A DNA stretch of 64,000 nt from Harriotta raleighana. Lineage: Eukaryota. How positions within the stretch are numbered: position 1 is the first letter of the stretch; each line of letters starts with the position of its first letter. Shown here piece by piece: positions 50,911 to 61,570 of the stretch. The stretch covers positions 1,677,053-1,741,052 of the forward strand of contig JBNZDD010013599.1 in the NCBI GenBank assembly GCA_050575255.1, read 5' to 3'. Both the position numbers and the translations under genes were made by a program. The notes beneath the pieces are model-generated. The model was not told the DNA's origin and did no database searches. It worked only from the letters and a program-made list of their open reading frames with translations.

Positions 50911-51193
50911 GTTGTCCGCCCCCCCCCCCCCACCCCCTCCCCGCACCGCCCTGTGCTCCATGATACACAGAGCTGCCGTTCCTCACTCACGCACCTCAAT
51001 ACTTATTCCACCACTGTTCCAAAAGCCTCCGAATGAAACTGTAACGAGAACGTTGTCCGCCCCCCCCCCCCCACCCCCTCCCCGCACCGCCCTGTGCTCC
51101 ATGATACACAGAGCTGCCGTTCCTCACTCACGCACCTCAATACTTATTCCACCACTGTTCCAAAAGCCTCCGAATGAAACTGTAACGAGAACG
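50911..51193. repeat. Direct tandem duplication, period about 141 bp
   Basis: The unit gttgtccgcccc...gtaacgagaac starts at 50911 and again at 51052, essentially identical, with no N at the junction. Confidence 0.9.
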
Positions 51194-52621
51194 TCCCATG
51201 CCACGTAACGCTCGGAATACTCGAACCAGGTTTCGAAAACATTCCACGTTCATTTGTAATTTTTTTTTTTGGAAAAAGCTTTTAAGCCCAGATGCCACAC
51301 AGCATGGAGTGTTTTTTTTTTAGTCGAGTTGAATTCACTAAAGTGTGATCTGCACATTAGCTGTGCTGCGATTTTCGGATATTTGATGAAATGTTCACCA
51401 GAGAGGACAGGATCCCCTTCAGGCTAGAGAGCAGTATAGATGTTGATCAAAAGAATCTGAAAGCAAAGTCTTTAAGTGGCAGCGAATGCAAATTGTGAAT
51501 AGTTTCCAAAGAGCATTAAACGTTCTTTTCTTTCAGTCAAATGCATCGCGATTGCTTCTCCTTAACATCCAGTGCAATCGTGAGTTTTTCCAACAACAAC
51601 AAAAAATATAAAGTATCTTCTTTTCGTTCAGTTAATGGGTGGAGGGAGATGAGTTGCTTGCTCACGAGCCTATTGCTTCTCTTCGTCAGTATCAGCAACA
51701 GGGAATGTGGCCGACACAGTGCTAAACCATATGGCAGCACTGACACCTGATGAGCTAGTAATAAGCATTTGGCCATTAGGATCGACCATGAAATGCCTTC
51801 TATATAATTGAGGTTACTCAAAAGAACAGACACCTTATCAGCATTAGCTCTGGGGGCACATCTTGCTGATGCTCAGTGCACTGATTGTTCTGTGACTGAG
51901 CATATGATTAGTGTATCGAGGCAGTATGTTCCTAATGAAATGGCAGGAAAAATGCATATCAATAGCAAGAGTGCAGCAAAACGACTAATGTTGTGTTCTT
52001 CAGTGCATTTCACTGTTCAATTAGTATCCATAAACTATGCTAAAGGCATCAATTTGTTTTAATTCCAATGATTGGGTGTGACCAAGCTAGAGATCACTAG
52101 ACAAGCAGAACAATTTACTCTCTTTTTTCATACCTACCCAATTTTTTTTGCTGCAATTTTGTATGGGGGCTGGGATCAGGTGATCTGGGCAAAAATCTTG
52201 ATATATTCAGCATCATCTTCAAAAGATTAGTGTCTTACGTATATATGTATCTGTCCAGAATTTTTTTGGGGGGTTCCCTTATTCCCCCCGCCCGCTGAAG
52301 CTGGTGTCTCTCTCACTGGAGTGTATCGCGTCACAAATGTGAGCATCCCACGATGGCAAGTTGTCATTCTACACGTGTTGCTCGCGATCTCAGGCGTCAC
52401 AGCCGAGCTGACTTCCGTGCGTTCTTCGCGTTCACTCTCTGAGGGTGTCGCAGTTCACCTGCTTGCCCCAGCTGAGCAACTCAGATCAACGAATGCAGCA
52501 CGAATCCAAGCTTTGACCTCCTGATCGCTCCTCCTCTCCTCACGCCCCGTGCCCTTGTGTGTTAGTATCTACTCTGGCGGAACTAATGTTTGCTTGATTA
52601 CAGTTTGCACGAAACATTATT

Positions 52622-52740
52622 ATTTCACCCACAAAATTTACAGTCAATTCACATTCTGGGAAGTGTTTCCACACGTCACAAAAGGTGTGATAGGACACTA
52701 TCAAAAAAGGGCAAGGATTAGTATTCTTCTTATTATTATT
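52622..52740 (+). mobile_element. Degraded SINE 3' fragment
   Basis: tttcacccacaaaatttacagtcaattcac..gcaaggattagtatt..ttattattatt. Confidence 0.65.
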
Positions 52741-53950
52741 TCTGTCGTTTTTTGCTTCAGGGAAGCGCAATCCGCTTGACTATAATTTCACAAGAATGTA
52801 GCTCGTCAGCCCTGCCCAGTTTTGGGACTGTTCGATGTTTGAACTTTTAAGAGCATTTGTAAACTGTAAGGATTGCTCCTGTTGCTGATCACTGTTTCAG
52901 CCCCTTGGGACATGAAAGGTGTTACAGTACATACAAGTGTAAATTTGTTGTTGTTGTTGATTGCTGGATATAACCCTGGATGTTTGAAGTTAACAACAAA
53001 AATGCTTCAAACAACACTGCATATGTTTACTTTTTTACGCTCAAAAGTTCCCCAAAAGCCATTGATCAGGAGCTCTGTTGAATATTTGATGAGCGATTTT
53101 GCGTGTGTGTGTGTGTGTGTCTTCAGCTTCAACGTGCTGAGATATGACCTTGGAAAGGAACCATAGAAACACATGTATCAGAAAAGGGATTACCTAAGAA
53201 CTATATTTCCCAACGCTCCCGACGGAAGAAGAAGAGAAAGTAACTGCCCTTCACAGTAAACAACATTTGGAAAGGCTGTGGCTTGTTTGCAAATGTTGCG
53301 ACGTCTCAGGTAGAGAAGGGAGTTACTGGAAGCAAAAACCAACAGAAAGTGCCTAACTTGTGTATCTATCGATTTGCATTTGACATTACTGCGGGAAAAT
53401 ACAATAAACGAGACGCAGGCATGGCGAGTTGGAAGGCCGGACGACACACTGATTTATATTTAAATAAGATAGATGGGAAGTGATAATGGAATAGATGGTC
53501 ACGTTGAACTCGCACTAATGGAAGTGCCAGTGGTCTGGATGCTTAGACAGAGTCAGCAATGGATAGCTCACATTCTTGACAGTCCCGAATACTTCCCGAA
53601 GACATAAAGGAAGGAGGTTTATTCACCTTATGAATGCTTTGAATTACGGAGGGTCACTCAGACATGGGATTAATTCCCCCCTCCACCCAGAGCAGGTGTG
53701 AGCGATTGACTGGAAGCTAAGAAACAGAACATTACAACCAGAAGTGACTTGCTGGTTTTCCTGAACCCGTACAACTCACAACTCGATCTCTCCCACTCGC
53801 TGTCTTGTAACACGTGTCTGATGTTAACAGGACCAAAAGCAAGACATTCTGTTAAGACGTGCAAAGCGTTAACCATAGGGGGCCATTGCTTTTGTAATCT
53901 GCACAGAAAACACATCTTCAGGAGTAGAGTATTTTTTATCAGAATGCGGA

Positions 53951-54318
53951 GGCCAGTAGCTCAGTGGTTAGAGCGCTCGCCTGAGACCTGGGTTCAAATC
54001 CCGGCAGGGCGAAACCTCGGACAAGTTTCCTTACTCCACACACTTGACAATAATCCCTCAAGAGAAAAANAAAATAAATAAATAAAAATAATAAATGTCC
54101 CACAAACAGTCCCAGTTGCTGCTGCACTTTGNTAATAATAATAATTATAAAAATTATAAAAATAATAAATGTCCCACAAACAGTCCCAGTTGCTGCTGCA
54201 CTTTGCCCACAAAAATAGTCACTTCACTTCACAGCATATTCTGCGAAGCACTTTGAGCCATGTGGAAGACGTGAAAAGCGCTATATCAAATGCAAGGATG
54301 ATTTTTCTTATTATTATT
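53951..54318 (+). mobile_element. tRNA-derived SINE containing N-joined, locally inverted segments
   Basis: Head gtagctcagtggttagagcgctcgcc and tail gaagacgtgaaaagcgctatatcaaatgcaagg; N at 54070 and 54132. Confidence 0.85.
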
Positions 54319-55634
54319 TTTGTACCAGGATCTGGTTTAAGCCAAACAGCAGCACTTTGAACTGTAATATCTTCACTTCTTAGGAAATCATAGCGATGGC
54401 ATTTTTTTTTTAAAAAAAAGAGGGATTTGCTGAGTATTGTACTTCGATTCTTAAGAATACCGAGCGGAAACTATTTTAAACTGCAAAAAGATACTTTTTT
54501 AAACATTGAAGTCTGAATTCAATTCATCTGATAACTGTGTAGATTCTCTGCAATACATCAAAGGCAGAGTAGCCAGTGAAGTTAGTCAGCCCTAGCAGCT
54601 TATTACAAAACCTGTTGGTATAGGCCTTAGAGCATGTCGGCAGCAAATTCCCACTGAGCTACGCACTATTCTCTGGCATAGATTATAGTCTGAGAGCCAT
54701 AGATTAGTGTGGCTGGCAAGTGAGTGACACGGGTTCAAATCCTGACAGGGTGAAACCATGGAAATGTCTCTCACTTACTCAAACCTATCTTAAACCCTTC
54801 AGCTGCTGTACTACAGTCCAGGGTATGCAATTTTGTGCTTCTGTTTAAATTATTATTCTCTCCTTGTTTCCCATCTTGACGTCTTTGCCTGTGATGTATG
54901 GGTTTGACAATTCCGTCAACTTGACCCTCCTTTTCAAATGGTTTTGAGAGTGTCTTATCTACTTGTTGTTGTTTCTATAGGGGAGTCGGTGCGTGCATTA
55001 ACATCGATTTGGATTAAACACCTTTGGAGGAACCTTGATCTTGTGAGGCATTGAGTCACTTATGGCCAGCCTGTTATTTGGGTTTATTCTGAATTATTCC
55101 CTTTATTTTTTTGGATCGGGTAATTTGAAAGGAAAGTTCAGTACCTGCCCGATACAATTAGCTGCAATTGAAATGGGGTTTAATGAGGCAGACGTAATGT
55201 ACAGCAATATTTCTGCTAGGTTACGTTAAAATGAGAAACTTAAGTCTGCAGGAAGGTCAGATTAATTTACTTCTGCTTGACTTGCCATGTGCTCTGAACT
55301 GTAGAAACTTGCGTCCCATAACTATTTGTTAAAACTGATCCTGTAACAGTTGCTGCATGATAATTGCACTGTGTACATGTAACAGCAGATTAAAAAGTCC
55401 CCGAGGCAGGGTTTGATGTGACAGGAATGAAAATATCATCAAAAGAAATTTACAAATATTTATTAAGAAGGCGTAAAGTGTTCGTTTGTGTTTTGAACAC
55501 AGACTGTGTTTGATTAAGCAGCATATACAGTAGCTAGAATGGTGGTAATGCTGTGGGAACTTTAGACTAAAGTGCTCGTTTGCTATATTTAGATTTATTG
55601 TTATCTCTTCGCCCTCCATCATTGCCTGATTTTA

Positions 55635-55970
55635 TAATAATGATAATCAGAATAATCCTTGCAATTGATATAGCGCCTTTCACGTTGGGTGGACATCTCA
55701 AGGTACCAATAAGATATACTCTAAAATTGGGCAATTGTGTATTTTTGTGGGTGAAACCCAGAATTGTTCAAAATGATTCTCGCACATTACACAGGATACA
55801 TAACAATAGCAATAACTTTCATTTGTATAGGGGTGGAACATGAGAGTGAGCAGAGGAGAGGGGCGGAGGTGATCGTAGACACGATCAAAGAGGAAAGGTC
55901 TTCAGGCATAATCTGCAGATGGGGAAGGAAGAGGGGAAGAGAGTTTCGGGGCAAAGTGGCGGAAAGCTCT
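55635..55970 (-). mobile_element. SINE tail (about 55635-55760) followed by an L2 3' fragment (about 55840-55970)
   Basis: aataatccttgcaattgatatagcgcctttcacg, then aaagaggaaaggtcttcaggcataatctgcagatggggaagg. Confidence 0.6.
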
Positions 55971-57292
55971 GCCAAAGACTTCTCTTTTGCTCCAGCACGC
56001 AAGGGACGATACCAAATGTTAGGGGGGAGAAAATTCGAAGTACATTTCAAAGAAAGATATTCTAAAATAATTAGCTTTTACCAAGCTTGTCCTAAGTGCA
56101 ATTTTATTGCTCACTAACCAATTCTCATTCTGTCGGCGGTGGACAATAGAACTTTTTACTGGATCCGTTAATCTTTGATCTCCTGACATTGTAACTCTTG
56201 TCTAATCGTTTAGTTTTATGTTCTGGGCATTCCTGCACCACAAATCTTCCGCATTACCACACCACATCAAAGAGCGTCCAATTGAGTACCTTTTTATCTT
56301 TTCACCAAATTTAGCTCGAAATTCTGCGCGAGTTTGTGTTTCGAGTTCGATAACAAATGTCTTCTGACAAGCAGAACCCAGCACATCTGTTTTCCTTTGG
56401 TACTACAGGGATCTTTACTACAGTAGTATGTTTTATATCTATATCTATATTTTATTCATGCTGTGATGAAAGGGCAGCCTGTAGTATTTGATCAACGATT
56501 TTGCAATGAGAAAGATTTTGATCATACTTTTACTTGTCTTTATTTGAAGTATAGTTCAGCATCTTTTCCCCAAATGCATACTAATTGTAGCATCAGTCTT
56601 GTGTGCTACTTTTGTAACTAGAGCTGCAGTATTAATTGAATATTAAACAAGGGTTTCACACAGTGGGGTCTAATACGTGCTATTTCTGCTAGGATTTTTT
56701 TTGATAAGGATACCAGACAGTTGTGGACTGATTCCCCCAAAGGCCTTGGGATTTTCGTGGAAAAGGAAGGGGACACATGCACACACACACATATAATTTT
56801 TTGAGGAGTGGAGTGGAGGGGCAGTGCTTAAAAAGTATATTAAAAAATAAGAACACACAAAGACACACAATGTCATCAATAGCTGTCAGCAGCTATTGAT
56901 ATATAGCCAGCTGATATATCGCAGCTTTAGACTGATTGCATTTATTTTACAATGTGTGTTGCAATGATTGACTGTACAAATGATCAAAGGATCATTTTGT
57001 GTTTTAGATGTCTCACTTTTTTTTGCGTAGGAGAAAATGAAAATGATGGGATGCATCGTGTGTTAGTCAAACTCGTTTCAGTTAATCATATAAGATAATA
57101 CTCCTGAGATTGCATAGATTAAGTGCACCCCACATACTGCTGTGAGAAGATCAAAGAAGGAAAGGGAAGTTTTTTTTGGGTTCAAAAACTTTTTATGAGT
57201 GATTTTGCTACTGAGAGACAACAACAACCACAAAATTACACTTGTACAGAGCCTCTCAGGAGAACGTCCCAAAGTAAAGTATTTCATCCGCA

Positions 57293-57596
57293 AATAATAA
57301 TAGTAATCATTCTTGAATTTGATATAGCGCTTTTCACATCTTCTAGAAGTCTCAAGCGCTTCACAGAACGTACTGTAAAATGAATTGACTGTACAGTGTA
57401 TTTGTGGGTGAAACTCGCACAGCAGCGTCCCCACAAACAGTCATGGATTGAAAGGATCCATTTTTTTTTGAGGGATTATGATCAGGCTTGTGTAATGCAA
57501 GGAAACTTGCCCAAGGTTTGGCCCTGACCTGCCTGGAATCGAACCCAGGTCTCTCGTTTGTAAGGCGAGAGTGCTCTGAGCACTGAGCTCCAGGAC
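57293..57596 (-). mobile_element. tRNA-derived SINE, full length, minus strand
   Basis: atttgatatagcgcttttcacatcttctaga...ggaatcgaacccaggtctctcgtttgtaaggcgagagtgctctgagcactgagctccaggac. Confidence 0.92.
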
Positions 57597-59661
57597 TCCT
57601 ACAGGAGCCACAGAAATGACTTCTCTTTGCTACAAACAGCAACTGAACGCACACTGTTGAAAGCAGAAAATAAAAGGCACTTAATTGGTGCAGGAAACCC
57701 ATTAAGTCAGTAAATCTACAAGTTTTTTCTGCCTCTGAGGTGGTTTTCTCTGCTAACTAAATATGGTGCTAACTGCTGCCAGTAGGCAAGGCAGTAAGTC
57801 ATGAGAATTATTATTTCCACTTCCAAGGCTTGGTGTATCCATCATTGAGGAAGAGTATAGAACTGGGAAAAGCTGGGGTCAGGCTCCTGCTTTCACCCCT
57901 CAATATTCCTTGCCTTAGGGAAGGCGACCAAGATCGTGGAGGGCGGAAGGAATTTCATTTCTCGGAAAAAATTCTAAACAAGTTAATTGTAAATACAAGC
58001 TCTTTATGATTCCAGCTCCACAAACTCTAAAGCACTGAGAGAAAGCGCGAATCTCAAACAGCTCAATGTCACTCGCTGGTATATGATTTGATAATAGTCA
58101 CACGTTCCGTCACATTATAACATGAAAACTATCCAAATACTGTTGGCCCAATTCCTCCCAAGTTCGACTGTTTGGCTTATAGATTGGCTTAGTTTTTTTT
58201 CCTCCTGCTCCCATCGCGTGTTGTCGCAAACTGGAGTTCTGTTGAGCTGCTGAAAAGCACTGTGTGGTGGGCCTGGTTTGAACAGAAGGGTGGGGGAGGA
58301 CGTTGCTGCTGGGTGTATTGTTAGGACATCCGTTTATTTGTTGTCTTTATTGATAGGTAATTAAGGAAACAATAAGTGGAACTTGAGATACAATAACATT
58401 CACAGTGGTGGCTATTCCCAGCGTTTCCTTCGAAATACAAGTGCAAGGAGTATGTACCACCATGGAATAAATCTGGGTTGAATTTGGGTTTGACAGAGAA
58501 GTTCTTTGAGGAGGGGGATAAAAAACATTTACATTCGCGTTAAATAGAAATACTGTAACTAGTAATGTGAACGTCCTGACCAGAAGGCTGATTAAATGCT
58601 AAATCTATGAATTTTCAGTAAATTAACAAGACATTCAAGCTCAGTGATTGTACGAAACAATGCCTCCCAAAGATTGAAAATTGCATTCCTTCAAATCAAA
58701 ACGTTATTTTGAAATTTGCATTTCAATCTAAATCATTATGCCCGTCGTCTTTTGATGATTTAGTCTTTAGATAGAAATGATCCAGAGACCTGTGGTTGAA
58801 ATACATGTTTTATTTAAATCGATATTACGCAGGCAAATTTTTAATCTACTTTACAAAGAGTGGGTGGCATCATATGGCATTGCAAGAAGAATGGGCGTTT
58901 GTGTCATATTTTATTCCTTCTCCTTTTGACAGATGCAATGCTAATGAGAAAACAGCAATCAATATGTTATTGTACCCCTGTGGTCCATTCTTCCTTTGGT
59001 AGTTGGAACCACAACCAGTGGTGCTAAAAAAAAAAAAAATCATCTCATCTATCTCCTTCTCTTTACTGCTTCAGTCCTCAATGCGTATTGTGCAGCAACA
59101 GTAAATTGTGAAGTTGAACATTGCCTGGAGGAGCAAGTTAGAGACCTTTCCCTTGACACTTGATCTTTTGAGAGTCTCTGGATGTATATATATAAGGATC
59201 TACTGACGTGTGGTACGCTGCGAAGGAAGAACTCTCAAGAGCATCTTAAAAGACAGCTCCTATTAAGCATAAAACGGGTTAAGTGAAACACAGTCGCATT
59301 ATCTGCGAATGAAAAGAAAAGAAAGTTGCAAGGTGCAGATGTCATTGTAATAAGGGCGGAAAGCATAAGCTATAATGTAAAGAGCTTAGCACAAACGCTA
59401 GGGTTCTTGTTTGTGGACTTAAAAGGATAACCCTCTTTCTCCTTCGAGGATTGGCAATGAATCTGGCCTGTGGCCAGTGTTTGATAGATTTTTGGCAGAA
59501 AGTAAGAAAAAAAATCCAGGGAAAACAAGGCAATAATAATAATACTAATATAAGGAATATATATAATTATATAAGGAATATAATAATCCTTGTATTTAGG
59601 AGAATGCTTTTCATGTTTTGTGGATGTCAATAATTGCTTGAAATAGAATAACATAATACAG

Positions 59662-59731
59662 TAATAATAATACTAATCCTTTCATTTCATCTAGCTCTTT
59701 TCACGTCTTCTAGACACCGCAAAGCTCTTCA
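59662..59731 (-). mobile_element. SINE 3' tail fragment
   Basis: aatcctttcatttcatctagctcttttcacgtcttctagaca; a second, more degraded tail lies at about 59580-59630. Confidence 0.7.
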
Positions 59732-61140
59732 AAACAATTGCTGCGTAACAAAAGTCCATAACATTTTTTTCATCCTGAGATTTCTACTTCCGAGTTATGC
59801 TCTCTTCAGCAAGTTGTATTAATCAGGACACCCAACTTTGAAAGGAAGGGTTTGACAGCCAATTCAGATTAGCGTATAAACCGCTGGAATTCTTTTTCAA
59901 TTAACTGTGAATGATGAACTCCAGTTCCTAGGAATAAAAGGAAAGGAACTACATATGAAATTGTAAGGATAACATTTCTCCTCCATCTGACAAATGGTGA
60001 TCAGTAGCTTTAGAAAACTGCAATTGTCTTGTCTTCACAAAGGAACTGGCCAGGACGATAAATCCTGATATAACAACGATCAGTCATTTCAGCACCGATG
60101 GGGAAGGCACTGTCTTCCCAGTAAAACTGACACTTGTCAGAATATAAGAAGAAAGTGTTTGTTTACTGTTGGTTATTATAACTAACGGTGTAACACTGTA
60201 CTCTGTTACCATATTACCAGTAAACGCGGGGTTTGAAAGGGTCCAATTTGCAAGGAAATACACATTCTCTTTTATGATCTGTATTAATCTAAAATAGCAG
60301 GCGGCTGTTGGAATTCTAACATTTCGATATGGATTGCCTAGAAGATATTCCTTTAGTTAGTGAGGTGGATTTGTTTTTTTACTGATATGCTGGTTGTGAT
60401 GACTTCACACTGGCTATCCGTGGTCCTTTCATATAATTATTATTATTACTCAGAGAGGCAATGTACTGCTCGATTACGGGACCAAATGAGTTGCTTCTTA
60501 GAATTATTTGTTTATGTGTAAGTGTGCTCCAAGGTTCAGCAGAAGCTGGGAGGTACTCAGTGTATACTTGTTGAACGCACTTGTATAAATGTACAGTACT
60601 GGCTCGAGAATTCAGTCTTGTCGATGGCGTAGAGAGGCAGCTTCCACTTGAGATGCAGCTTAGGATGCCTGAGTGTCAGAAACAAAGTAAGATTACAATT
60701 GATCCAAAGGACACTTCAAGTAAACAACATCAACGTAACATCTATTGTCTCTCTAGCTGCTGGTGCTGACTTAACTGTCCTTCAGTGTAAACACAGTGAA
60801 TTGTATATACAGTATATATAACCTCAGTCACAGGTTGGGGAATATTGCAGCATATTCTGTACAGTTTGAACCCCCACCACCCCCTTTCTTGAAACAGAAA
60901 TATTGACAGTCATGTATTTACTATTTCATTTCAAAAGGAGTTTTATTTTTAGTGCTCGCCTCCCCCAATTTCGCGCAAATTGGTGAGATGAATACTTGGA
61001 ATGCTTGAAAATTATTTAAAAAAAAAGAAAACTCACCAGCTGGTGTAATGTAATCCACAACTTCTTATTAATAAGCAATGTGAAGATGTTAAAATATTAA
61101 GTAGATTTAGTAATTCATTTTATGAATATTCGACCCAAGT

Positions 61141-61570
61141 GTCATCTGTTCTTTGGATGAAATAATAAACTGAGCTGGCTAGGTGCACCCAAAAGATTCC
61201 CTGGTACATTTAGTAAATAGAATAGAGTTTCTTCTGGTATCCTGGGCCTACCACCCCCCAGATAAAATTAGTCGTTCACTTCAAGGCTGTTTGTGGGACA
61301 TTTCTGTGCACAAACTGACTGCCGCATTATATCTCTAACCATTCTTTGACACTCCCGCCTTTTCGAAGGGAATGTGTTAATTTTCCTACCGTTTCCCAGA
61401 TGAAAGTCCAGTTCAAGTATACCTCTTTGTCAGGTGAAAATGTGCGTGTCACATTTTTTTTGGGGAAAAAAAAACGAGCAAATCGGAACACGCTCTACGT
61501 TAATCTTGTGAAGCGCTTTTGAAATGTTTTGACAAGAGTGATAAGTTGCTGTATCAAATGCAAGGATTAT
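61141..61570 (+). mobile_element. Deu-domain SINE relic with L2-type tail, interrupted
   Basis: ctttggatgaaataataaactgag..aaaagattccctggtac..ctggtatcctggg..gctgtttgtgggacatttctgtgcacaaactgactgccgcatt, then tail gtgaagcgctttt..gctgtatcaaatgcaaggattat at 61508-61570. Confidence 0.65.

Noticed and set aside
51525-51750. Good-looking acceptor (ttcttttctttcag) as the next KIF26A exon
   Set aside because: Downstream frames do not give the expected A.QKL.L..K.KK continuation; I did not find that exon in the window.
4093-54200. Repeated segments as a CRISPR-like or programmed repeat array
   Set aside because: They are two-copy duplications joined by N, with no repeat-spacer periodicity, in eukaryotic intronic DNA.
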